A stretch of DNA of 64,000 bases from Malacoraja senta. Lineage: Eukaryota. Numbering within the stretch: position 1 is the first letter of the stretch; each line of letters begins with the position of its first letter. Of the stretch, positions 1 through 13,515 are shown piece by piece. The notes beneath the pieces are model-generated. The model was not told the origin of the DNA. It saw only the letters and a program-made list of their open reading frames with translations, and did not search any database. Made by a program: the position numbers and the translations under genes. The DNA lies in the NCBI GenBank assembly GCA_038087875.1, contig CM075992.1:684001-748000 (forward strand). The letters run 5' to 3'.

Positions 1-1224
1 CAAACAACCTCAGTTTAGTTAAACAGGTGTCGGGGTGCTTCCAGCACTTGGTGGCATCTGCATTGAGAAATTTGCCAGTTCAAGGAGAGGGAGAGGTTAA
101 ATGAGCCAGCAGCAAGCTGTTGTGGTCAGCCAACACTCTCTTCCAAATGTCTCATTGAGTGTGGAGCGGTATGTGCCATGGCTTTCAAAATGCGCAGCCA
201 GTTTCTAAATTCTGCCCCATCTGTTCTGGGGTGGAGGTGTAGCCCTGCTCTCCGGGAGTTATCAACTAATACACTCCACTGCTTGGCACTTTTCATTTCA
301 CCCATCTCCCCCTTACCAGATTAAGTAATGTGGCGACTAATGTGGATCATTGGACTGCAGTCCTTCTACTTAAAATACTTGATTAGAAATATTAGCTGCA
401 CTCGAGATTACAAATCTATTGTTCACAAGTGATGCTGCTTTTCCTGGTGAAGACAGAAAGTGTGGGAATTACTCACAGGTCGGGCGGCATCTCTAGAGAA
501 CATGGAGAGGTGATGTTTCAATTCCTGACCCTTCAGACTGAAACGTCCATTGTCCATGTTCTCCAGAGATGCTGCCTGACCCACCGAGTTACTCCAGCAC
601 ATTGTCTTTTTTTGGTAAACCAGCATCTGTAGTCCTTGTGTCGTCTTTTCCGGGTGCTATGTGATAAAATGGAACTGAAAAATAAGCATCTGTTTTTTGC
701 TTCGCTTTTCTCTCCTGACAACTTGCCTTAAAAGCGGCTATATACTGGAGAATGAAAAGCATAAAATGTCCTTTGTGGTTATATGGGCCTGAAAGCAGCG
801 TTTACAAGTTTAATCCAAGTTCAGATCATCTATGATAAACATTTTAATCTGAAGTTTGGAGATTTATCTGAATTCTTCACAAATTATTGTATGATTGCTT
901 TTGGAGGCAGTGACGTGTGTGTTTAATAATTGTACAATGAGCATTGATTCATTTCCACTCATGTAGTTTGATCTCAATTTTATTGAGTTTTTTAACATTT
1001 TCAATTTTCAATTTTCAGTCGAGAGCATTATGTGCAAGCTCTCGAAGTCAACCCGGTTATATATTTATGGTATACTACCTGTTTACAACGCGATTTGGGA
1101 GCGAATAGTTTTTCTATGCAGAAGCAACTCTGGAGCTTTATGAATAAATAAAAAGATATTAAATTTCTTAGCTGCTTCATAAATACAATCTCTTTATTCT
1201 GAAGTATTTGAGATAAATAAATAA

Positions 1225-1535
1225 ATGGTGACACGATGACGCAGCAGTAAAGTTGCTGCCTTACAGCAAACCAGGGTTCGATCCTGACTACGGGTGCTGT
1301 CTGTACGGAGTTTGTACGTTCTCCCCGTGGGTTTCCTCCGAGATCTTCGGTTTCCTCCCACACTCCAAAGACGTACAGGTTTGTAGGTTAATTGGCTTGG
1401 TATAAGTGTAAATTGTCCCCAGTGTGTGTAGGATAGTGTTAATGTGCAACAGTTCAATACAGTTAATGTGCTGGGATCGCTGGTCGGTGCGAACTCGGGC
1501 TTATTTCCGCTCTGTATCTCTAAACGAAACTAAAT
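1225..1535 (+). mobile_element. tRNA-derived V-SINE (HE1-like)
   Basis: B-box GGTTCGATCC, V-domain GGAGTTTGTACGTTCTCCCCGTG, (CTAAA)n tail. Confidence 0.8.
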
Positions 1536-1550
1536 AGTATTTGATTAGAG

Positions 1551-2411
1551 ATGAGATTTTATTTCTTGTCATTTGAACCTCAAAGAGGCTCAAACGAAAC
1601 TCCGTTTCCACAGCCATACAAACTAAACAATTCCTACACGACACACAAACAATTCAATTTACAGAAATACATCCATCACAGTGAATCTCCTCCTCACTGT
1701 GATGGAAAGCAAAGTCTTTTCTCTCCCCTGCACCATTTTCCTCCCGATGTTGAAGCCCCAGGCGGGCAATGTTAAGTCCCACAGCCGTTGAGGCCGCGCC
1801 GGGCAGTGTACGGCCTCGCTCCGGGCCCAAATGTCACAAAGTTGGAGCCCCCGGCGGGCGCTGGAATGTCCTGCGGCCATTAAAGCCGCGCAGGGCGATG
1901 TACGGCCCCACTCCGGGTCGTTCCAACCCCGCGACACGGGCGGGAGAAGTTGCGTTGCGGGAGCTCCGGAAAGCGGTCTCTCACCCGGACCCGCGAGCTC
2001 CCGATATCACAGACCACGGCCTGCAGCGGCAGCTGGAGCCTCCGAGCTCCGGAGTGAGCAGCAGCGAGCCACCACCGCTCCCCACGCTCCGAGGCCGGCC
2101 AGCCCCACGATGGTAAGTCCGCAGACTCCGCGACTGGAGCCCCCAGGTCGTCCCGGTCAGAGGCCGCTCCACGGAGCTAGGCCCCAACGACAACGGAGAC
2201 CCGACAGGGAAAAGGTTGGGTCTCCCTTGCAGGGAAGAGATTTTTTTAAGTTTCCCCCTCCCCCCCCCCCCCCCCCCCACCCCCCACATATACACAGTTA
2301 AAAACAGTATAAAAAAACACAAACAACTACATTTAACTAGACAAAAATAACAAAAATAAAAGACAGACAGGCTGTAGGGGCCGCTGCAGTAATCCGCTCC
2401 ACCGCACTTCC
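1551..2411 (-). mobile_element. GC/CpG-rich non-autonomous retroelement with Rex1/Babar-like 3' end
   Basis: Starts GGAAGTG on the minus strand and ends TTTCGTT-hairpin-AATGACAA..AATAAA, like 29563-30412. Confidence 0.6.
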
Positions 2412-2514
2412 GTGCAATGTAACTCATTGCCATTCACATTTTTGCCAATGAGTTACATTGGAGACAACGAATGATACATAGGAAAAGGAACAGACAATTT
2501 GTTCACAGAATTGT

Positions 2515-2685
2515 GTAAGAAGGAACTGCAGATGCTGGTTTAAACCGAAGAAAGACACAAAAATCTGGAGTAACTCTGCAGGACAGGCAGCATCTCTGGA
2601 GAGAAGGAATGGGAGACGTCACCCATTCCTTCTCTCCAGAGATGCTGCCTGTCCCGCTGAGTTACTCCAGCTTTTTGCGTCTATC
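2515..2685. mobile_element. Penelope-derived fold-back short element
   Basis: Inverted pair of the ...CTGGAGTAACTC...GCAGCATCTCTGGAGAGAAGGAATGGG repeat; TSD TTTGTTCACAGAATTGT at 2498-2514 and 2686-2702. Confidence 0.8.
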
Positions 2686-4664
2686 TTTGTTCACAGAATT
2701 GTTGCACTGACACCTGCAGGACAAATGGCTGGGCAACCTGTATTGTGGACATTGGTTGGCCACGATTCTTTGGAGAGGTCCACAGCTCTTTGCAGGAGAT
2801 TCTCCATCACTTATGTTCATCTGATCTGGTGCAGAACATTGAGGCCTCAGTTTAATGTCTCATTGGGAAAATGTCAACTCTGACGATGTGCGACTCTGTT
2901 AATGCTCTGCAGTTCTTATGTGCTAACCTGGTGCATCATAAGATTGTTATCAACTGAATGCATTTGGCTTATCTACTAACAGTAATGAGTAAGAGTAGTA
3001 AGTGTTGCTTTTTGATGTTGATGGTCATGCTGAATAATTCACAGGCCTTGCACAATGAGATATTTAGTGTTAGTTTTCATTTCGGTCTCTTTTTTGTTTG
3101 CCTAATTAAAAAGGCCAGATCTGCTTCATTCCTGAATACTGTTGGCAATGATCTGTGGGCCTGCTTACTAATTTTAAAGAAATGTCCAGTGATGGACATA
3201 GGTGTAGGAAGGAACTGCAGATGCTGGTTTAAAATAAAGATAGACACAAATATCTGGAGTAGCTCAGTGGGTCAGACAACATCTCTGGAGAAAGGGAATA
3301 ATCTGAAGAAGGGTCTCGACCCAGAAACATCACCTATTCCTTTTCTCCAGAGATGCTGTCTGACCCGCTGAGTTACATCAGCTTTTTGTGTCTATCTTCG
3401 ATGCATTCATACGGCTGTGTATAAGGAAGTAATTTGTGCTTATGTTTTTATGCTGCATAAAAGGTCTTTAACGGAGTTACATAAAACATTTTAAACTTTT
3501 TGAATTATGCCAAATTTGAGGATGATTGTTAATACTGAAGTGTGGAGTGCATCAGATTATAAGAAGTCGTTAATAAACTTGCAAACTAGGGAAATAGGTG
3601 GCAGATGAGGTTCAGCACTGATCAATATGAGGTGGTACATTTTGGTAGGAAGAGGTGTCATCTATTACTTGGAAGGTGCGAGTCAGCTGAGATCGTGGGA
3701 TAATGGAATTTCCAGAGTGCCAGCCATGAAATGTACCAGCCATGAAAGGTTATGCCACAAGTTAGCAAGGCTATATTAAAAATAAATAAAATGAAATTAT
3801 TTCTGGAGAGAGAAAACTAAATTGCAGGTTACATTGAACCCACTTCAACCCTTGGTTAAACCCCACTTGTATTATGATCAGTTCTGATCACTTTATTAAA
3901 ATAAAAGGATGCAGAGATAAGGGAGAGTGTGCAGACAAGATTTACAAGGCTAATAACAAAACTGAAAGAATCAGAGTAGGATGAACAATCTGGGTCTCTG
4001 GATTATAGAAGGCAGAAGAGTGATGATCAAAATTATGGTGAACCTGAGGGTTTCTGTGTCCTGAGATGGGATTTCCAAGGCCTATCAATCCCCCTGCAAG
4101 AAAATACTATTGTAAACACCACACTTTCATTGATTCAAAATCTGTCTGAGTTGCCAGCTTGAAAAAACATACTCTCTTTCACTCATACAACGGTGGATAT
4201 TGCCATCATTATCCCGGATTTTTTTCCCGAATTGGACCTGGGTTTTTATCCGGTTTTTTGCCTCCCCCAGGAGATCACGCGGTTCTTGGGGTGGAGAGGG
4301 GTGATAGCGATATAAAGGGGAGGGTAGTGTCTTGTGTTCTGTGTCTTGTGTCTACTGTTTGTGGGTAAGGGTGTCTGTTTAGTGTTCAGCCATGAGCGAA
4401 TGGCGGTGCAGGCTCGATGGGCCTGGTGGTCTACTCTCGCACCTACTTTCTATGTTTCTATGTTTCTATCCAAGAAATACATCCATAGCCCTTTTAGTCT
4501 TCGGGAAATAAAAGAGAGTAGGAGTGGATGTGTGGCGCTAGGATTCTGTGGGTGTGGTCAGGGTAGGAGACCTGCCACAGGGGCTGGGGTTTTTGGTCTA
4601 CATGTGTGCTTTCTCAATTTGCCTCTCGTTGCTTCATGCCTCACTCCAAGACTATGAAGACAGA

Positions 4665-4958
4665 AGTGGTGGTGCACCTGGTAGAGCTGCTGCCTCTCAG
4701 CGCCTGAGACCCAGGTTCGAATCTGACCACGGGTGCAGTCTGTGTGGAGTTTGCACGTTCTCCCTGTGACCGCGTGTGGGTTTTCTCCGGGTGCCCTGGT
4801 TTCCTCCCACATTCCAAAGACGAGGTAGGTTAATTGGCCTGCGTAAATTGCCCCTAGAATGTAGGATAGAACTAGTATATGGGGTGATTGTTGGTTGGCG
4901 TGGACTCAGTGGGCCGAAGGGCCTCTTTCCATGCTGTATCTCTAAACTGAACTAAGCT
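4665..4958 (+). mobile_element. tRNA-derived V-SINE
   Basis: A/B boxes, V-domain, GGGCCGAAGGGCCT tail. Confidence 0.8.
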
Positions 4959-7900
4959 GATTTGCTACAGCCTCTGAAGAAGGATGCTGACCTGAAACAT
5001 CGCCTGTCCTTTTCTCCCCACAGATAATGAGATCCTCCAGCAGTTTTGTTTTGGGGACAGCATTGGTTTGTTTTGTATGTAAATCTTGTGCTGTTCTAAA
5101 GGAGGACTCCTGGTCTTCAGCATTAGCTGGCTTAGATGCAACATCAGATAAAAAGGAGCTGTGAGAATATCAACCAATTTCACAGCAGAACCTGCGGTAA
5201 TTTGCCATTGTCACAGCAACCATTTATTCACATTGGGTGGAGTGGGTGAGATTTTTTGATTTAAATATACATTTTGCAACAATCAGGCGGCTTGAGATTT
5301 TAGCCAGACGTGCAACTTCAAACTTCACGCTTCCTTGATTGCTTAAATTCTGTCGTGTAACTTTTCTATATCTGAATCACATTTCTTGATTAGTACGGGT
5401 GTCAGGGGTTATGGGGAGAAGGCAGGAGAATGGGGTTAGGAGGGAGAGATCGATCAGCCATGATTGAATGACGTATTAGACTTGATGGGCCGAATGGCTT
5501 AAATGTGCTCCTATCACTTATGATCTACATTCCTGGTTTCAAAGTTGAAGGTCTCTTCATTATTATCTGATTTCCCAATTGGGCAAAAATTTTGAATTGG
5601 AACACTTGGCCACCCTTTGATTTTGATGAAATGGTTTCTTTGGAATGGCACTTTGCCTTGCAGGATTCTTTAAGAAGAAGAATGTTGAGAATCCTCTGGC
5701 AGCCCCATTCACTCATTAATATGTGTATATATCCAGGGTCAGCCTGTTCCTCATGAAGTATAAACTGGATCCTGTACTCAATTCCAAAATGAGTACAGCA
5801 AAATGAGATAACGCACAATAGGCACAGTGGCACAGCGATAGAATTGCTACCTCGAAAATATCCATTCACTTGGCCTCCACGGCCTTCTGTGGCAAAGAAT
5901 TCCACAGATTCACCACCCTCTGACTGAAGAAATGCATCTTTCTCCTTTCTAAAGGCACGTCCTTTAATTCTGAGGCTCTGACCTCTAGTCCTAGACTTTT
6001 CCCAGTGGAAACATCCTCTCCACATCCACTCTATCCAAGCCTTTCACTATTCGAGTCTCGACTTTCACTACTCTTTTTGTCATACTCTCACTTTTACGAG
6101 GATGTTGCCAGGACTTGAGGTCCTGAGCGATAGAGAGAAGTTGGGCAAGCTAGGAGCAGGAGACTGAGGGGTGGTCTTATAGAGGTGTATAAAACCTTGA
6201 GGGGAATAGATAGGGTGAAACCAAGGCTAGGGGAATCAAGAATTAAGGTGAGAGGTGAAAGATTTAATAGGAACCTGAGGGGCAACCTTTTCATGCCGAG
6301 GTGGTGGGTGTGTGGAACACGTGCCAGGAGGGGTAATTGAGGCAGGTATTGTCAAAAAAAAAATTTAAGACATTTGGATAAGTACATGGGTCGGAAAGGT
6401 TTAGAAGGATATGCACCAAGCATAGGCGGGATAGACAAGCATTGATGGGGCATCTTGCATGAGCAAGCTGGGTGAAGGACCTCTTCCATGCAGTATGATT
6501 CTGACTCAGACCGTCTCATTTCACTTCCTCTGACACTTCCGTCATCGGTACTGTCCTTGATATGAATGTTGAAGATCTGAAATTAAACTCTATATTCGGC
6601 AACCATACAAAGACCCATTAGCATTTGAAAAGATTATATAAGCTTAAAGATACTAGTGATTTGTTACGATCTTACCCTGACGAAGAGTTTCACTTGAAAA
6701 CATCGCCATTCATTATCTCATATACAGGTTTGAGCATTTTTAGTAATACCTCTACTTCATTCCCTTTCTCACCCCTAGATTCATCTCCATCTTTGCCCAT
6801 CCTCCCATCTTTTCCCAGCTTTCAAATATCAGTTCCTGTCACTAAACTAAATGGATTGTATGCCCCTCTCTGCTCAGTTACTGTTTATGTCACTGTTTAC
6901 ATCAAAAAGAAGTGATTCCTGCAGTGGGGAGGATATCCTGGAACTGCTGGAAGTAAGTTGATGGTGTTTTCAGGGACGTATGTGCCACTGGTTGACCCAC
7001 TTTGAGGGATGAAACTTTTTTAGTGTATCTATATTTCTCTGACATTTACTCTCCGATCCGAGTTTAATGCTGTGTGATATCACTTATTCAAAACCGTATA
7101 GAAACATCACTCGGTTTTTCTGTAATGTGCGAGGTGTCACTGGCTACTTGTTAAATAGAGATGAGGAGGAAACATTTTGCAGCTGTACCTACCTCAGCCT
7201 CGACAGTCACCTTTCATCACCTCTGTCCCTCAATTCTCATTCTGTCATGACAGGGCCATTGAGTTTATGAGCACAATGGACCAGAGTGAGTACATTATTC
7301 AATTCAGAGTGCCCCAGTACGGAGACGTGTTGCTTTAGGGATAACAAGCTGTCAAGGATGTGTTGTCTCACCAGATGTTGCCTGACCTGACTTCACTGTC
7401 TTTACCTGGTCTTCAACATCTGTAACCACATTGTACTGTTGGTAAATGCTTTCAGGTTCAATGTATGAGGTAAGCATTGAGTCTACCTGAATTCAACTAT
7501 CTTTGGGACTAGCGACATGCAGGTGTATAGCCATGATGGACGCTCACTACTGGAACCAAATCCACAAAATATCGAAGACAGACACAAAAAGCTGGAGTAA
7601 CTCAGCGGGTCAGACAGCATCTCTGGAGAGAGGAATAGGTGATGTTTTGGGTCGAGACCCTTCTTCAGACAATGTGTAGGAAGGAACTGCAGATGCTGGT
7701 TTAAATCGAAGTTAGACACAAAATGCTGGAGTAACTCAGGCAGCATCTCTGGAGAGAGGAATGGGTGATGTTTTGGGTCGAAACCCTTCAAACAATATCA
7801 GACATCCACAGAAGACCAATGTTTGGGTCTCCCAACTCTGAGCTTGAGCGGAGATCTGGGTGTCCACATGGTGTGAACAGTCAGGACTGGAAATGTTCAA

Positions 7901-9515
7901 TGACTGGCGTCACCAATCAATACTCAGAGTCTACGGGCTGTCGTACATCAATAATATAACTTCTGAAGAAGGGTCTCGACCCGAAACATCACCCATTCCT
8001 TCTCTCCAGAGATACTGCCTGTCCCGCTGAGTTACTCCAGCTTTTTGTGTCTACCTTCAATAACATAACAGTCAGGGTGCACAGCGCCACCTGCTGCATC
8101 AGGCAGGCAAAGACTCCCCAAGGATAAATTAGAATTATGTCTAGGAAGGAACCGCAGATGCTGGTTTAAATTGAAGATAGACCCTTGAAGAAGGGTTTTG
8201 ACCCGAAACGTTGCCTATTTCCTTCGCTCCATAGATGCACCCGCTGAGTTTCTCCAGCATTTTTGTCTACCTTCGATTTTCCAGCATCTGCAGTTCCTTC
8301 TTGAACATAGACACAAAATGCTGGAGTAACTCAGCGGGACAGGCAGCATCTCTGGAAAGAAGAAGGGTCTCGATCCGAAACGTCACCCGTCACGTAATGC
8401 CGTCGATAAATTTACCGATTTGTAAGAATCTGACTATTGAGCTTTCAAAAGAAAGAAAAACATGCCTTATTTTAATTATCTGCATGTGGCTCTAGTCCTA
8501 CATCAATTTGCCTGGTTATTAATTCCCCTGAACATTAGAGGTCTAATCTTAGAGAAGACTATCTCAAGTTAGGACTTCTCTAACTTCAGATAGCCCTTGC
8601 TTTCTCTTTCCAACCCCTCCCTCTTCCCAGTCCTCCCACTACTCTCTCCGACTACATTCTTTCTTTTTCCCGCCCCCTTCACTGACATCAGTCTGAAGAA
8701 GGGTCTCGACCCAAAATGTCACCCATTCCTTCTCTCCAGAAATGCTGCCTGACCCGCTGAGTTGCTCCAGCATTTTGTGTCTACCTTCAATTTAAACCAG
8801 CATCTGCAGTTCCTTCCTACAGATAGGTTGCATTGTTGTAATATGTAAGTTGTTTTTGGGTCGGTAGATGCGCTTTCCTGATGGAGTAAGATAGCCTGGA
8901 CAGCTGTGCCAGATGTGGCAGAGTGCCTGAGAAATACATAGAGGGCAATGTTGCCCTTGTCACCTTCATGTAGATCACACAGCGAGATATTCAACCATGT
9001 TGATAATGTGGCCTGATTGAATACCTAACTGGACAACTGCATGTAAAAAACACCTCTGCCTTAGTGATGTTGCAACCCACTTTGTTTGGAGATGAGAATG
9101 CTGATTGCAAGTCAGGAAGGTTAAGGTGATGCGTGATGGAAGGACATCAGTACTTGAGTGGGGACCGAGGATTACTTGCTCAAATTAGGATCAGGGAGAA
9201 GAAGCAGTTTAGGGAGAGAAAGTCATGAGGACTGATAAAGATCAAATTTAGGTTCGGGTCAGAAGGTGGCAATAAATGTTTGACATGGTGGATTAGGTTA
9301 AAGAAAGAAAGCCACAGTGGTAGATGATCAGGGTTGCAAGAGAAGGAATGTTCATGGGGCAACCTGCTGAGTATCTAATACAGTCTCTGTTTTTTTGGGG
9401 ATGATTGGGCAAACTGTGTAAAAGTTGAACTGCTTTGCAACGCCCAAGTGATTGGGCTTCACTTTTCTAAGGCTGAGTTTTTAAATAGTCATCTGCTTTC
9501 TTTTGCATGTCACAG

Positions 9516-9632
9516 AGTGAGCATCATCAGAAAGAGGAGTATGTGATGGAGATGGAACAGTCACGGTTGAGAGAAACAGAGGCACAGACTGCAATGAAGG
9601 AGATGCAAGACAAGGTCCTGGAAATGGAAAAG
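9516..9632 (+). CDS. EVI5L: EVI5-like Rab-GAP, internal coiled-coil exon (SEHHQKEEYVMEMEQSRLRETEAQTAMKEMQDKVLEMEK)
   Basis: CAG acceptor ends 9515, GTGAGA donor at 9633; 117 nt, phase 0/0; translation matches the EVI5/EVI5L motif QSRLRE.E...EMQDKVL.MEK. Upstream exons (TBC domain) were not found in the window. Confidence 0.88.
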
Positions 9633-10375
9633 GTGAGAATGAAACTGTGCGGCTGTAGATTTCAATTCCCAAAAAAGTAAGTGCCCATTGTTTTGCAGTG
9701 AAATCTCATCTGTTTTTAAAGATAGACACAAAATGCTGGAGTAACTCAGTGGGACAGGCAGCATCTCTGGAGTGAAGGAATGGGTGACGTTTAGGGTCGA
9801 GACCCTTCTTCAGAGTCTCCAGGAAAGGCCGCACCGATTCTCTGTGTTAGGCCGCGAGGGAGGCGACATGGAAAAAGTCGCGTCTCCGTGGAGGAGGCGA
9901 CTGAAGCAGTTTCCCCCTTACCCCCCCCCCCCCACACAAGATACACAGTGAAGCATTAAAAACACACATTAGGACACACTAAAAAAATTAAAAGTAGAAA
10001 AAACTAACACGGCAGGTCAGCCATCTCGCAGCGCCCCCACCGACTCACTAACTGCTCTTTAGTTTTTCTTGTAGAAACAAGGAACTTTGTGTCTTTATTT
10101 CATGATTTCTGGGAACTGCATGGTCTGCTGGATATTTACAGCTTTTTCTGTCATGTATTGTGGTTGACAAATAAATGGTTTCACCCCCCCAGCGATTAGA
10201 ATGAAGCATTCAGTCTGAAGAAAGGTCTTGGCCCAAAATGTCACCTATTCCTTCTCTCCAGCGATGCAGCCCGGACTTGTTGAGTTACTCCAGCATTTTG
10301 TGTCTATCATGGATGACAAAGTTATCTTTGGCCTGGAATTATGTTTTTGTAAGCCACCTATCTGATTTATTTCAG

Positions 10376-10516
10376 AGGAACAGCATGCTCCCTGATGAAA
10401 ATAACATAGCCCAGTTGCAAGAGGAGTTGAAGGCAATGAAACTGCGCGAGGTAGAGGCAGTGACTTCGATGAAGGAGTTACACCAACAGGTGAAGGATTT
10501 GGATGAACACTGGCAG
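10376..10516 (+). CDS. EVI5L: EVI5-like exon (RNSMLPDENNIAQLQEELKAMKLREVEAVTSMKELHQQVKDLDEHWQ)
   Basis: TTTCAG acceptor, GTAAGC donor, 141 nt, phase 0; LPDENN...LQEELKA.KLRE motif of the EVI5 family. Confidence 0.93.
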
Positions 10517-10609
10517 GTAAGCAAGGTGTGACCATGCGTGGTAGGGCCTTCAATGTCCACCGTCTCTCTTTATGTATTTCAGTCTATGACCTGTAACTGA
10601 AGTTTTTGA

Positions 10610-11082
10610 TCAGACCCTGGGATGGCGGGACTGTCATATGAGGAAAGATTGAAAAGACTAGGCTTGTATTCACTGGAGTTTAGAAGGATGAGGGGATCTT
10701 ATAGAAACATATGAAATTATAAAAGGACTGGACAAGCTAGATGCAGGAAAAATGTTCCCAATGTTGGGCAAGTCCAGAACCAGGGGCCACAGTCTTAGAA
10801 TAAAGGGGAGGTCATTTAAGAAAGAGGTGAGAAAAAACTTTTTCACCCAGAGAGTTGTGAATTTATGGAATTCCCTGCCACAGAGCAGTGGAGGCCAAAT
10901 CACTGGATGGATTTAAGAGAGAGTTAGATAGAGCTCTCGGGGCTAGTGGAGTGAAGGGATATGGGGAGAAGGCAGGCACGGGTTATTGATAGGGAACGAT
11001 CAGCCATGATCACAATGAATGGCGGTGCTGACTCGAAGGGCCGAATGGCCTCCTCCTGCACCTATTTTCTATGTTTCTATGA
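10610..11082 (+). mobile_element. CR1 3' fragment
   Basis: Same sequence as the 3' end of 43876-46290; TTTCTATG tail. Confidence 0.88.
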
Positions 11083-11533
11083 TCAAAATTGGTGTATAAA
11101 GTTGTGAGAGGAATAGATTGGGTAAATGCAATCTCTTTTCCAGAGTAGGGGAATTGAGAACCATAGGACATAGGTTTAAGGTGAGGGGGGGGGGAGATTA
11201 AATAGGAATCTGAGGGGTAACTTTATCACACAAAGGGTGGTGAATTTATGGAACGAGCTGCCGGAGGAAGTAGTTGAGGCAAGTATTATAACTACTTTTA
11301 AAAGACACTTGGGCAGATGCATGGACAGGAAAGGTTTAGAGGGATATGGGCCAAACACAGGCAGGTGGGATTTGTGTAGATGGGACATGTTGGTCAGCGT
11401 GGGCAAGTTGGGCTGAAGGGCCTGTTTCCACTCAATGGCTCTCTGGTGTAAACTGCACAAGGTCAAAAGATCATTTAGCGTTTTTATTTTAATGCCCTTG
11501 AGCAGTTCTCACATTGCACTGAAATGTTTCTAG

Positions 11534-11692
11534 CAACACCTTGCACGGACTGGAAGTCGGTGGAAGGAGTCCCCAAAGAAGAATGCAACAAATGAGCTGC
11601 ACAATGAGCTGATGACCATGCGGTTCAGTGAGGCCCAGGCACAGGCGGAGCTGCGGGAACTGAGGCACAGGGTACTGGAACTGGAGACACAG
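11534..11692 (+). CDS. EVI5L: EVI5-like exon (QHLARTGSRWKESPKKNATNELHNELMTMRFSEAQAQAELRELRHRVLELETQ)
   Basis: TTTCTAG acceptor, GTACTT donor, 159 nt; RWKESP and ELR.RV.ELETQ resemble EVI5L more than EVI5 (RWKDPP). Confidence 0.93.
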
Positions 11693-11706
11693 GTACTTGA
11701 CACAAA

Positions 11707-11920
11707 TGTGCAGGAAGGAACTGCAGATGCTGGTTTAAACCGAAGATAGACACAAAATGCTGGAGTAACTCAGCGGGACAGGCAGCATCTCTGGAGAGAA
11801 GGAATGGGTGACGTTTCGGGTCGGGTCTGAAGAAGGGTCTCGACCCAAAACGTCACCCATTCCTTCTCTTCAGATATGCTGCCTATCCCGCTGAGTTACT
11901 CCAGTATTTTGTGTCTACCC
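11707..11920. mobile_element. Penelope-derived fold-back short element
   Basis: Inverted repeat pair with the hammerhead-like core at the centre; TSD TGACACAAA at 11698-11706 and 11921-11929. Confidence 0.8.
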
Positions 11921-11964
11921 TGACACAAACCTGGCAAAGCAACCGCTGCCACCATGTCCCCGGC

Positions 11965-12704
11965 ACTAGATGCTATTGCACTGGTTAGAAACGGCTTCAT
12001 GATTTTCTAACAGGGGCGCTGACCTGTGTGCGGCACTTCTCCGGGCTGCAGCTTCGACCCGTCCTCGCGGCCTACCAGCGTTTCCTGTCGGGGACCGCCC
12101 AGAACCTCGGTTTCGGCGGCGGCGCAGCGCTAGAGCGCTGTCGCGGAGCGGGCGATGCCTTGCCCGGGTCTCCGCGCTGGAGCTCCGGTGAGCTGAGGAT
12201 CGCTGGGAAAACATCGCGGAACTGTGGAGCGACCAGCTGCGGGCGGCGCCGCTGAACTTGACACCGGGAGCCTGGGATCTCTAGATGAGATCGCCAGTTG
12301 TGGAGCTCCAACCGGCGCGGCCTTGTTGGCTTCGGAAGCCGCGGCCCCCAGTGCGGAAGCGGCCGTTCCAGGGTTCCCAGGCCGCTGGGAGGACTCTCCC
12401 GACGCCGGAGGAACATCACCCGGCTAGAACGGCCTGGAACATCGGGCCTCCGTAGAGGCAACTGTGGAGGCCTCAATGGGCCCGACTATGGGTGAACTGG
12501 GGTTGGGGACTGGACTTTGTGCCTTCCCTCATGGTGGGAGCCATTGTGGGGGGATGTTTAGTGTTAAGACTATCTTGGTGTGATGTCTGTATTCTTCTCT
12601 TTTTTTGTGTGCTGCATAATGGCAAAAAGCATTTCACTTCACTACACCTGGGTGTATGTGAATGTGACAAATAAAAACTACCTTGAACCTTGAACCTTGA
12701 ACCT
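11965..12704 (+). mobile_element. GC/CpG-rich non-autonomous retroelement with (TTGAACC)n tail
   Basis: CpG-rich body; ATTTCACT...GTGACAAATAAA followed by short tandem tail. Confidence 0.55.
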
Positions 12705-12709
12705 AATTC

Positions 12710-13002
12710 CAGGTGGCACAGTTGTACGGTTGCTGCCTTACAGCGCCAGAGACCTGGGTTTGATCCTGACTATGGGTGCTGTCTGTACAGAGTTTGTACA
12801 ATCGCCCCGTGACTGCGTGGGTTTTCTCAGGGTGCTCCAGTTACCTCCCATATTCCAAAGAGGTGCGGGTTTGCAGGTTAATTGGCTTTTATAAGTTGCC
12901 CCTGGTGTTTAGGATAGAACCAGTGTACAGGTGATCGATGGTCAGCACAAACTCAATGGGCCAAAGGGCCTGTTTTCACGCCGTATTCTAAACTAAACTA
13001 AA
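12710..13002 (+). mobile_element. tRNA-derived V-SINE
   Basis: Same layout as the other copies. Confidence 0.78.
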
Positions 13003-13149
13003 TTAATTCCATATGCATTGAATAGGAGCTGTCAGACAGTTATTACCATGGATGCTGATGGCTAACTATCCAACAAAAATGAATGCTGGAAGGTTAGAAT
13101 CAGTAGGTTAGGCAGCATCTGAAGAAAGAGAAATAGATTGATGTTCAGG

Positions 13150-13515
13150 TCTTCTTCTTGCGAATGAAAAATATATAAACCAAAGGAATAGTTAGATCTC
13201 AAGCTGGGTGTTGAGCAGCCAGGTTGTTGTCTCTGTTGGCGTCAATGTCTGCCAGGCCCTGGCACAGCTCCATTTGGTGGGTGGTAGAGCGGGCACCCAG
13301 AGATGACATGGTTGGCTGTCTGTTGTTCTGCTCCACATTCACAGGCTGGGCTCTGGTGGAGTCCCCATCTCCACACGCTGGCATTGAAACGCCCAACTCC
13401 AGTACCAAGTCTGTTCAGGTGAAAATCTCTCTCAAAATGAGCAGGCAATGAAAGGTTCTGATGTCCTCTTTGAGAGAGGATTGCGGAAAATGACCTGCTT
13501 GTGTGATGGGGCAAG
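13150..13515 (-). mobile_element. Non-LTR retrotransposon 3' fragment (Vingi/ingi-like)
   Basis: LNRLGTGVGRF...WGLHQSPACECGAEQQTANHVISGCP CCHC motif; (GAA)n tail. Confidence 0.65.

Noticed and set aside
1225..1300. tRNA genes at A/B-box-containing sequences
   Set aside because: These are SINE heads continuing into the V-domain; no complete cloverleaf is evident.
1659..2433. Overlapping GC-rich ORFs (also 11966-12495 and 29659-30344) as genes or a CpG-island promoter
   Set aside because: They lie inside dispersed GC-rich retroelements and show no recognisable domains or splice pattern.
1..9515. Additional upstream EVI5L exon (GQVTRAQEAEEN-type)
   Set aside because: No matching translation with splice sites was found by eye; the region appears intronic, though a small exon could have been missed.
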